Source: Myxococcota bacterium (GTDB taxonomy: Bacteria > Myxococcota_A > UBA9160 > UBA4427). Taken from it: a stretch of DNA of 45,619 nt. The position numbers and the translations under genes are program-made. The stretch spans positions 1 to 45,619 of the forward strand of contig JAYZFK010000091.1 of NCBI GenBank assembly GCA_036336835.1, given 5' to 3'. Under the pieces are notes generated by a model. It saw nothing but the letters and a program-made list of their open reading frames with translations. It ran no database searches and was not told the origin of the DNA. The stretch's first letter is position 1; every line of letters starts with the position of its first letter. Shown here in pieces: positions 1 through 7,498 of this stretch.

Positions 1-71
1 CATCGGACCTCGCGAGCTGGGTCACCGGTGAAGCGATTCTCATCGATGGAGGACAGAACGTCGCGTTCTGA
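1..71 (+). CDS. Short-chain dehydrogenase/reductase, C-terminal fragment (partial)
   Basis: Frame 3 reads SDLASWVTGEAILIDGGQNVAF*, the typical SDR C-terminal 'xxxVTGxxxxxDGG' motif; TGA at 69-71. Confidence 0.8.
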   Translation, partial: SDLASWVTGEAILIDGGQNVAF

Positions 72-100
72 GGCGTAGGGTTACTGCCCGGACTGACGTC

Positions 101-1135
101 CTAGCTTCCGACGACTGCCGCGTTGCGCGGGTCGTTGCGCACGCGCCATATGTACCGATCGACGATGAAGTGGTGGATGTTGATCATCGCGACGACGAGC
201 AGCACCGATTCGCTGTAGCCGAAGCCGAGCGCGGTGTAACCGATCGGGAGCGCGTGGAACAGCGCGTAGGCGAGAGCGAGACAGCTGGCGTAGAAGCGCA
301 GGGCCAGGAGCGGGCCGCTCGCGACGCTGCCCGCCGCCCGCCGCTCGCGTGCGTGGAAGACGAAAACGATCGCGAGGTACTGCACACCGTGGAAGACGGT
401 GGCCCAGGCGAAGGCGCTGAAGTAGGGGAAGATGACCCACCACAGCCCGTTCGAGAGGATCAGCACCGAGACGATCCAGGGGGGTGCCGCACCGTTCGAC
501 GATCGGAGACGCGTGAACAGCGCAGCCGGGGCAGCGAGCGTCAGGACGCCGAGCGCGGCGACCCACGCGCCACGGATCGGGGCGACGGCCGGCGACGCGA
601 GCCAATCGGCCGAAACGAACCACTCGAGCCCGACTCCCGCTGCACTGCTGAACGAGTACGCGAAGGGCAGCAGACAGGCCGCGTACAGCAGGTGCCGATC
701 GCGGGGTTCCAGCCGATAGCCCGAACGGCTGCAGTACATGGTCGAGAGACCGTAGGCTTGCGCTGCGTAGTGGAACGGCGACCAGGTGAACGCGAGCGCG
801 TAGAGGTGCGGACCCAACCGATCGCTGAATGCGATGCAGAGGGTGAGCGTGGCGAGCACGGCGAGCGGTAGCCCGCAGGTGACGAAGGGCCAGTCGCGCA
901 GCGCGCCCGGCTTGGTGTAGAGGCGCACAGTGGATGCGGCGAAGTGCGCGCTGTTGGCCGCCAGGAGAGCCGCCGACAGGAGCCCGAGGTCGATCACCGA
1001 CATCGCCGGGGCCGAGGAGAGGAGCGGGATCGCCACGACGCTCAGCCCGCCGCCGATCAACGCGACGTCGAAGAGCGGGCCGACGAAGCAGCGCCCCCAG
1101 CGACTCGCCCCGACCATCGCGGCCGCCTGGCTCAT
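101..1135 (-). CDS. Polytopic membrane protein with conserved His motifs, function unknown
   Basis: 344 aa with many hydrophobic segments; motifs AHFAASTVRLY, FHYAAQAYG, FHGVQYL, IHHFIVDRYIW; ATG overlaps the upstream TGA (ATGA). Confidence 0.8.
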   Translation of the reverse strand: MSQAAAMVGASRWGRCFVGPLFDVALIGGGLSVVAIPLLSSAPAMSVIDLGLLSAALLAANSAHFAASTVRLYTKPGALRDWPFVTCGLPLAVLATLTLCIAFSDRLGPHLYALAFTWSPFHYAAQAYGLSTMYCSRSGYRLEPRDRHLLYAACLLPFAYSFSSAAGVGLEWFVSADWLASPAVAPIRGAWVAALGVLTLAAPAALFTRLRSSNGAAPPWIVSVLILSNGLWWVIFPYFSAFAWATVFHGVQYLAIVFVFHARERRAAGSVASGPLLALRFYASCLALAYALFHALPIGYTALGFGYSESVLLVVAMINIHHFIVDRYIWRVRNDPRNAAVVGS

Positions 1136-1635
1136 GGCGCGGTGCCGTCCGCTCGGCGGCGAGCGTTCGCCAGGGCGCGGCTCGCCTCGGCGTGCTCGGG
1201 CTCGAGCTCGACCGCGCGCTCGAGGTAGGGGATCGCCTCAGGTACTCGATTGCGGAACAGCAGCACGATCCCCAGGTTGGCCCAGGCATCGGCGTCGCCA
1301 GGAGCCAGCCGGACGGCGCGCTCGAGCGCCGTCGTTGCCTCGGCGAGCCGACCCGCTTGCGCCAGCGCGGCACCGAGATCGCGCTGGCGCGGGCCGTTCA
1401 TGCGCTCGATCGCCGCTGCCGCGGCGAACTCCGGGACCGCCTGCGCGGCTTCTTGCGCGTCGAGGCTCCGCTGTCCGACGCGCAGCGGATCGATGACGAT
1501 GCTCGGGAGAGTGCGATCGAGCAGCCAACTACGCGCCACCCCGGCCGCGCTCAATAGAGCGAACGCGACCAGCGCGGCCGCGAATCCGACCCGCGATCGC
1601 GGCGGGGCCTCGGCGAGCTGCCTCCAGAGCGACAT
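1132..1635 (-). CDS. Membrane-anchored tetratricopeptide repeat protein
   Basis: N-terminal hydrophobic helix, then TPR-like repeats (LGAALAQAGRLAEA..LERAVRLAP; AWANLGIVL..EAIPYLERAVELEP); ATG 1635 chosen because TACTCT lies 6 nt upstream. Confidence 0.8.
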   Translation of the reverse strand: MSLWRQLAEAPPRSRVGFAAALVAFALLSAAGVARSWLLDRTLPSIVIDPLRVGQRSLDAQEAAQAVPEFAAAAAIERMNGPRQRDLGAALAQAGRLAEATTALERAVRLAPGDADAWANLGIVLLFRNRVPEAIPYLERAVELEPEHAEASRALANARRRADGTAP

Positions 1636-1641
1636 CCCCAC

Positions 1642-1647
1642 AGAGTA
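1642..1647 (-). promoter_or_regulatory. Putative -10 element (TACTCT) of a leaderless promoter
   Basis: TAnnnT hexamer 6 nt before ATG 1635, no Shine-Dalgarno. Confidence 0.45.
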
Positions 1648-1710
1648 CGCTGCCTGCCGCGATCCCGAAGCCGCCGGCGGATTGGCACGAAGCGCAGGGC
1701 GAGCGAGCGG

Positions 1711-1965
1711 CTAGCCGCCCGCCACCGGCGGGAAGATCGCGACGACATCTCCCTCGGCGAGCTCGCGGCGCTCACGCACCCCGGGCGTACGCGCCACCTG
1801 CTCGCCGTTGTGGAGCACCATCTGCGCCTGCTTCGGCGGAATGGCGAGGATCTCCAGCAGATCACCGACCGTACTCCCCGGCAGCAGTTCGACGTTGGTA
1901 CGGCCGCGCTGCTCGCGCGGGAAGCGGTCACGCAGACCTGCGAACAGCCGAACCTGGACCTTCAC
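1711..1965 (-). CDS. MoaD/ThiS family sulfur-carrier (ubiquitin-like) protein
   Basis: 84 aa; VRLFAGLR N-terminus and canonical GDVVAIFPPVAGG C-terminus. Confidence 0.92.
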   Translation of the reverse strand: MKVQVRLFAGLRDRFPREQRGRTNVELLPGSTVGDLLEILAIPPKQAQMVLHNGEQVARTPGVRERRELAEGDVVAIFPPVAGG

Positions 1966-1980
1966 GGCTGCTCCACGCGC

Positions 1981-3360
1981 TCAGCGCGGCGCTCCGGTAA
2001 CGAGCTCCGCGTGGTGCGGGGTGCGCGACCGTACAGGTGCGAGCTTCGGGAAGCGGAAGCCACGCGGAGTCGAGACGCGCCCGGTGAGCAGCGTCGACTC
2101 GAGCAGCCGCTGGGCGGCGCCGCTGGCCACGAACACGCGCCGCAGATCGAGCGGGTTCTCCTCCAGATATGCCTTCCAGGGGCCGAGTTCGACGCCGGTC
2201 TGGACCAGCCCCTTGAGCATGCCGACGTCGTTGGTCCCCGACACCGCAAGCGTCGGCCCGACCAGCGCCCCCCCGATCAGGGCATCGCCGGTGTCGCCGC
2301 CCCAGACGTATTTGCGATAGATGCCACCGCTCGCGTTCGACACCACCGTGCACTGCTTTCCCGCGCCGTCCCACAGCCCGAAGCTGCAGGCTTCGACACC
2401 CTGAGCGGACAGGATGTTCATGGTGAGACTGCCCGCATAACGAACGCTCTCGCCCGCCATGTTGGCGCCGGCGATCCGACCGTGATCGGTCGCCGTCGGC
2501 TGGATCGCGTGGACGCGGCGCTCACCCGTGCTGAGATCGAGCCCCTGGGCCGCGTCCCCCGCGGCATAGACGCCCTCCGCGCTCGACTGGAGCGTCTCGT
2601 CGACCAGCACGCCGTGATCGATCTCGATGCCCGAGCCGTCGAGCCACTCGAGGTCCGGCTGGACCCCGCTCGCCATCACCACGGCATCGGCCTCGAGGGC
2701 GGGCCCGCCCGTCAGATGGACGCGCCGCCGCCCACCCACCTGCTCGATCCGTTCGACTGCGGCGCCCGTGTGGAACCCGATACCGCGGCTGGCGAGCGCG
2801 CCCTCGAAGCAATCGGCCGCCTCGCGGTCGAGCATGCGCGGCAGGATCTGCGGCAGGGTCTCGACGAATGACACGCGTTTGCTGCGCTCGACCAGAGCGT
2901 CGAGGATGGTGAAGGCGATGAATCCCGCCCCCACGATCACCGTCTCGTCGCGGGCGGCCCCGAGATAGGCGTTCGCATCGGCGAGCTTCCACATGTTGAC
3001 GATGCCCTCGCCGTCCGCGCCGTCGATCGGCGGGCGCGTGGCCCGCGAGCCCGTGGCGATCAGCAGCCGGTCGTAGGGCAGCGTGCTGCCGTCGTCGAGC
3101 GTCACCTGCCTCGCGGCCCTGTCGAGCGAGCGGGCGCGCCGGCCGATCTGCGACTCGACGCGCAGCTCGGCGAGCCAGGCAGCATCCGCGGTCCGCACCG
3201 CCTGCTCCTCGATCCGGCCGGCCAGGTAGTACGGCAGCACCATGCGCGCGCATGCGGGCTCGTCGCACACGAGCGTGATCTCGGCCGCGGTGTCCAGCGC
3301 CCGAATCGTTTGCAGCGCGGCCATACCAGCCGGGCCGGCTCCGATGATCACGTGTCGCAT
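1981..3360 (-). CDS. aorC: FAD-dependent pyridine nucleotide oxidoreductase, AOR NAD-coupling subunit
   Basis: GAGPAG FAD motif, LIATGS, GAGFIA NAD motif, YAAGD; lies in the operon with AorA/AorB. Confidence 0.85.
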   Translation of the reverse strand: MRHVIIGAGPAGMAALQTIRALDTAAEITLVCDEPACARMVLPYYLAGRIEEQAVRTADAAWLAELRVESQIGRRARSLDRAARQVTLDDGSTLPYDRLLIATGSRATRPPIDGADGEGIVNMWKLADANAYLGAARDETVIVGAGFIAFTILDALVERSKRVSFVETLPQILPRMLDREAADCFEGALASRGIGFHTGAAVERIEQVGGRRRVHLTGGPALEADAVVMASGVQPDLEWLDGSGIEIDHGVLVDETLQSSAEGVYAAGDAAQGLDLSTGERRVHAIQPTATDHGRIAGANMAGESVRYAGSLTMNILSAQGVEACSFGLWDGAGKQCTVVSNASGGIYRKYVWGGDTGDALIGGALVGPTLAVSGTNDVGMLKGLVQTGVELGPWKAYLEENPLDLRRVFVASGAAQRLLESTLLTGRVSTPRGFRFPKLAPVRSRTPHHAELVTGAPR

Positions 3361-3398
3361 GTCCCGCTCCTGTCCTCGTTCTCGCCTCGCCGGTGCCG

Positions 3399-3641
3399 CT
3401 ATCCGCCGGGCCAGCCCCGGATGCCGACGTAGAAGATGGTGACCGCATCGTCTGGGCCGAGCGCTGTCGCGCGCCCCTCCAGGAACTGGATCGCGCGGCC
3501 GTTGACGAGCACGCGCAGATCCTCGCTCTCCTCGACGCCCAGCCGGGTCAGCACCGCTTCGACGTCGACTTCCTCCATCTCGATGTGCCGCACGCCGTGC
3601 TGCTCGCGCAGCCTGGGCGACATCAGATTGACCTGCACCAT
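3399..3641 (-). CDS. Second MoaD/ThiS-like ubiquitin-fold protein with atypical tail
   Basis: 80 aa; VLVNGR...GPDDAVTIF core, C-terminal GG in YVGIRGWPGG. Confidence 0.8.
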   Translation of the reverse strand: MVQVNLMSPRLREQHGVRHIEMEEVDVEAVLTRLGVEESEDLRVLVNGRAIQFLEGRATALGPDDAVTIFYVGIRGWPGG

Positions 3642-3647
3642 CGGCCG

Positions 3648-5495
3648 TCAGGCCAGGCCGAGTTCCGCCAGCTTCTCCGGCGTGGGCTCGCCCCGCTCGT
3701 TCCAGCCCCGCACCCGGTAGTACTCGGGCAGCATCTCGCCGAGCTTGCTCACCTCGCCCGCGGCCGGGCCCGCCGGAATTGCCTGCTCGAGCATGCGCCT
3801 GGGCAGCGTGTCGTCGGCGGCGCTGAGCCCGGCGCGGTTGTTCCAGACGCGCTCGAGGTTCCAGATTCGCTCGCCCACCTGCAACAGCTCGTCATCGGTC
3901 AAATCGTGGCCGGTCGCCGCCACCAGGATCGGCCGGATCGACTCGAGAGTCGTCCCGAAGGTCAGGAAGATGCACAGGCCGGTGGCGTCGACCACGGTCG
4001 AGACGTTCTGGAACGCGGTGACCAGCTCGGCCTTGCCCTCGGTCGCCCGCGGATCCTCCGGCTCGGGCGCGAGCACCTCGGCCGCCACGGTGTAGGCCCG
4101 CAGGTGGCACGCGCCGCGGTTGCTGGTCGCGTAGCCGAGACCCATGCCCTGGATCGCGCGGGGATCGTAGGCGGGAAACTCCTGGCCCTTCACGCCCATG
4201 AAAGCATCGGGCTCGCCGAACTTGTCGCACATTCGCTTGCTGCCTTCGGCGAGCTCGTTGCCAAAGCCCTCGCGCAGTGCCGTGGCCTCGGTCAACGCCA
4301 CCATCGCCGCGCCGCTGCCGAACGGCAGCGGCATACCGACCTGCTCCTCACTGAGCACACCCTTCTCGTACAGCTCCATCGCGGCAGCGATGGTGGCACC
4401 GAGCGAGATCGGATCCATGCCAAGGTCGTTGCAGATCGTGTTCGACTTGAGAATGGCGTCGAGATCGTCGATGCCGCAGTCCGCTCCCAGCGACCAGGCG
4501 TTCTCGTACTCCGGCCCCTCGGTCGAGTGCTTCCAGTTCCAGTTTCGCGGGCTCGTCTTCACCGCGTAGCGGCCGACACCCTCGTCCGAGATGCGCGACA
4601 CGCGCCCGCAGGCGATCGTGCAGGCGAAGCAGGCCTTGTTGGTCTGGAGCCGCGTCGCGGCGAGCTCTTCGCCCGAGATCTGCTCGGCGCCGTCGAACTG
4701 CGCCGCCTGGTAGTTGTTGGTCGGCAGCGCGCCGTGTTCGTTGATCACGTTCATCAACGAGAGCGTCCCGTAGGTGGGCAGGCCTTCGGCCGTGAGCGGC
4801 GCGGCAGCGAGCTCCTCCCTCATCGCCCACTGCGCCTGCATCATCTCCTGAGGTCGCGCAACCGACACCGCGCCGGTGCCGCGCACCACGATCGCCTTGA
4901 GCTTCTTGGCGCCCATCACTGCGCCCACGCCTGAGCGCCCAGCGGCGCGGAACTTCTCGTTCACGATCGCCGCGAACAGCACCTTGTTCTCGCCGGCCGG
5001 ACCGATCGCCGCGACCGAGGCGTCCGGCACGCCCGTCTCGGTCTTCAACAGGTCCTCCGTCTTGAAGACGCCCTGGCCCCACAGATGCGCGGCACTGCGC
5101 AGCTCGACCTGATCGTCCTGGATCCACAGATAGACGGGCTCGGGGCTCTCGCCCTCGAGGATCAGCAGGTCGTAGCCGGCGTACTTGAGCTCGGGGCCCC
5201 ACTTGCCGCCCGAGTTGGAGGTCGTCATCGCCCCGGTGAGCGGGCCCTTGGTGACGACCATGTAGCGGGCGCCACAGGAGGCGTTGGTCGCCGTCAGCGG
5301 TCCCGTCGCGAAGATCAGCGGATTCTCGGGCGCGAGTGGATCAACCCCGGGGTCGCACTCCTCGTACAGGTAGCGGGCCGCCACCCCGCGGCCTCCCACG
5401 TACTCGCGGGCCCACTGCTCGTTGAGCGGCTCCTTGCTGATCTGGCCGCTCGTGAGATCGACGCGAAGGACCGTACCCGTCCAGCCACCGAGCAT
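3648..5495 (-). CDS. aorB: Tungsten-containing aldehyde oxidoreductase catalytic subunit (AOR family)
   Basis: 615 aa; LRVDLT, GGRG, SNSGG, RAAGRSGVGAVMG, CFACTIAC (4Fe-4S), GPEYE, DLGMD, RGACH, GLC motifs of AOR sensu stricto; no export signal. Confidence 0.96.
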   Translation of the reverse strand: MLGGWTGTVLRVDLTSGQISKEPLNEQWAREYVGGRGVAARYLYEECDPGVDPLAPENPLIFATGPLTATNASCGARYMVVTKGPLTGAMTTSNSGGKWGPELKYAGYDLLILEGESPEPVYLWIQDDQVELRSAAHLWGQGVFKTEDLLKTETGVPDASVAAIGPAGENKVLFAAIVNEKFRAAGRSGVGAVMGAKKLKAIVVRGTGAVSVARPQEMMQAQWAMREELAAAPLTAEGLPTYGTLSLMNVINEHGALPTNNYQAAQFDGAEQISGEELAATRLQTNKACFACTIACGRVSRISDEGVGRYAVKTSPRNWNWKHSTEGPEYENAWSLGADCGIDDLDAILKSNTICNDLGMDPISLGATIAAAMELYEKGVLSEEQVGMPLPFGSGAAMVALTEATALREGFGNELAEGSKRMCDKFGEPDAFMGVKGQEFPAYDPRAIQGMGLGYATSNRGACHLRAYTVAAEVLAPEPEDPRATEGKAELVTAFQNVSTVVDATGLCIFLTFGTTLESIRPILVAATGHDLTDDELLQVGERIWNLERVWNNRAGLSAADDTLPRRMLEQAIPAGPAAGEVSKLGEMLPEYYRVRGWNERGEPTPEKLAELGLA

Positions 5496-5498
5496 CGC

Positions 5499-5978
5499 CT
5501 AGTCCTCCTCGACGGCGGCGCGATAGGCGCCGTCCACCTTGTCTCCGAAGCCCGCGATCCAGCCCCCCGGATCGACCTCCAGCACCTCGATCGCCGCGGT
5601 CGGACAGGCGTGCGCGCAGGCCGGATCGCCGGCGCACAGATCGCACTTCGCCGCGATGTCGTCCGTCTTGTCGAAGAAGATCGTGCCGAAGGGGCAGGCG
5701 ATGACGCACAGCTTGCAACCGACGCACACCTCGTCGATCACGATCTTGGCACCGGTGTTCTCGTCGATGTCGATCGCGTTGACCGGGCACGCGTGCATGC
5801 ACCACGCCTCGTCGCACTGGAAGCAGGCGTAGGGCGCGAAGCTCGCCTGCTCGTCGAAGACGTGGACCTTGATCACCGAGCGCGATGGCTGGAACGCGCC
5901 GATCTGAACGTACGAGCAGGCGAGCTCGCACTGCTTGCAACCGGTGCACTTCTCGGGATGGATCTGCAGCGCCTGCAT
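5499..5978 (-). CDS. aorA: Four-cluster [4Fe-4S] electron-transfer subunit of AOR
   Basis: CTGCKQCELAC, CFQCDEAWCMHACP, CVGCKLCVIACP, CDLCAGDPACAHACP; 3 bp from aorB. Confidence 0.93.
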   Translation of the reverse strand: MQALQIHPEKCTGCKQCELACSYVQIGAFQPSRSVIKVHVFDEQASFAPYACFQCDEAWCMHACPVNAIDIDENTGAKIVIDEVCVGCKLCVIACPFGTIFFDKTDDIAAKCDLCAGDPACAHACPTAAIEVLEVDPGGWIAGFGDKVDGAYRAAVEED

Positions 5979-5982
5979 CGCG

Positions 5983-6798
5983 CTATTCCGTCGCTGCCGG
6001 CGCGTTCACGGTGATGGTGTGCTCGTCCGAGAATCGCACGCGCCCTGAGCCGCCGCTGACCGTGCCCCGGGGCATCTTCCAGCCCACGGTCGTCAGCTTG
6101 AAGCCGTGCGGGCTCGCCTTCTCGGTGCCGTAGAAGTAGGCCCCTACCAGCGGATAGTTGCCTGGCTTCTCGGGTGCCTTGAGCGTGAAGATCACCTTCG
6201 CACCACCCCAGGACTCAGCCGTTGGATCGGACGAGATTCCGGTGACGTTGACGTAGCTGATGCCACGGCCCGCGGCCTCGGGGCGGCGCTCGATCCACTC
6301 GCTCTGCGGCGCGCCGTCCTGACCGATCACCGTCGGGGCTCCCACGATGCGCCAGCCGGCGGCTGCGGCGGGGCGCGCGTACCAGCGATGCGCCCGGTCG
6401 AGCAGCGCCACGCCAACGACGGGACCGGCACCACCCGTCAGCACGACGGTGACACTGAAGCTCTCGCCCGCTGTGACCTGAGCCGGAAACTGCACGTCGA
6501 TGCTCGAGTTCGCGTCGAGCGCGCGAATGTGCTCGATCAGCGTGGCGCGGTCCGCCTCCGACAGCTCGCCGTAGCCGCCCTCGCCGGCCGCGATCGCGGC
6601 CAGGTGCTTGTTCTCGACGATCTCCTTGATCGCGCGCTCACCGGCGCCGGCCAACGCTGCCTCGTCGATCGAGGAGTGGCAGCTTGCGCAGTACGGCGAC
6701 ACGTCGGTCTGGTAGCTGGGCGTCCCGCCGGGGTAGGCGCTCACCGCCAGCGGCAGCACCAGAATCACGAGCGCGATGGCAGGACAGTGACGGAACAT
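5983..6798 (-). CDS. Exported monoheme c-type cytochrome with beta-rich C-terminal domain, function unknown
   Basis: Sec-type signal peptide (..LVILVLPLAVSA|Y), one CASCH motif near the mature N-terminus, Ig-like alternating beta pattern afterwards; SD GGGGAG. Confidence 0.75.
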   Translation of the reverse strand: MFRHCPAIALVILVLPLAVSAYPGGTPSYQTDVSPYCASCHSSIDEAALAGAGERAIKEIVENKHLAAIAAGEGGYGELSEADRATLIEHIRALDANSSIDVQFPAQVTAGESFSVTVVLTGGAGPVVGVALLDRAHRWYARPAAAAGWRIVGAPTVIGQDGAPQSEWIERRPEAAGRGISYVNVTGISSDPTAESWGGAKVIFTLKAPEKPGNYPLVGAYFYGTEKASPHGFKLTTVGWKMPRGTVSGGSGRVRFSDEHTITVNAPAATE

Positions 6799-6816
6799 GG
6801 TCAGTGGCTCCCCAGT

Positions 6817-7425
6817 CTACGACCCCGCGAACTCGCGATGACAACGAGCGCACTGCTCGCGCACGAGCGCGGAGTCCAGATACCAACGATCCCGATCCAC
6901 GGCGGACTCGTGGACCGTATGACACTCGACGCAGTCGACCCCGAGCCGGCGGTTGTGGACCGCCAGATCGTGAAAGGCGGGGTCCTCGAAGGCGGCGGCC
7001 TTGGCGACGAAGCCGCTGTGACACTGCCGGCAGTCGTCGTCGAGCAGCGGCCAGTGCATGCCCTCGGGCTCCTCGAAGTCTCCCGTCAGCCACCAGAACA
7101 AATCCTTCGCGGCGAGCGCCTTGACGCGCGCGCGGCCGAGCAGGCCCACGCCGCCGTGGCAGTCGATGCAGCGGAAGTCCGGCGCCCTCGGGCGCTCGCG
7201 ATTCCCGGCCGAGGCGTGCGCCGCCGCCAGGGACGGCGCCGGCCGCGCATCCATCTCGCGCCGATGCTCGCGGTGCAGCGGCGTACCCGAGAGCCAGCCA
7301 TCGAGGTGACAAGCGTTGCAAAAATCGTTGTCCTGCTCGAGATAGTCCGTCCCGAACCAGCCACCGGCTCCCACCGCACCTCCAGCAACCACCAGCGTCG
7401 TCGCGACGAGCCATCTCGCTACCAT
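6817..7425 (-). CDS. Membrane-anchored pentaheme cytochrome c, NapC/NirT/CymA-like
   Basis: From ATG 7425: N-terminal TM helix, then CNACH, CIDCH, CRQCH, CVECH, CARCH. Confidence 0.85.
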   Translation of the reverse strand: MVARWLVATTLVVAGGAVGAGGWFGTDYLEQDNDFCNACHLDGWLSGTPLHREHRREMDARPAPSLAAAHASAGNRERPRAPDFRCIDCHGGVGLLGRARVKALAAKDLFWWLTGDFEEPEGMHWPLLDDDCRQCHSGFVAKAAAFEDPAFHDLAVHNRRLGVDCVECHTVHESAVDRDRWYLDSALVREQCARCHREFAGS

Positions 7426-7449
7426 CTCGCAACCCCGGGGGTGCGCGGC

Positions 7450-7491
7450 ATTGTGGCACCCGGCCGCTCGGGTTTCCAGTTGCGGTAGGCT
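7450..7491. promoter_or_regulatory. Divergent promoter region (cytochrome-AOR operon / LLM gene)
   Basis: Minus-strand TGC-CACAAT (hexamer at 7450-7455); plus-strand TAGGCT (7486-7491) 7 nt before GTG 7499. Confidence 0.4.
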
Positions 7492-7498
7492 GGCCCGC

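Noticed and set aside
1682..1700. TGGCAC sigma-54-like -24 element (similar ones near 7454 and 41982)
   Set aside because: No GC at the required GG-N10-GC spacing; at 1682 there is also no downstream plus-strand gene
3648..5978. Possibility that AOR is exported to meet the cytochromes
   Set aside because: Neither AorA nor AorB has a twin-arginine or Sec signal; both begin directly with conserved mature sequence
7411..7430. CCATCTCGC direct repeat at the pentaheme start
   Set aside because: Only two 9-bp copies, mostly within coding sequence; plausible by chance
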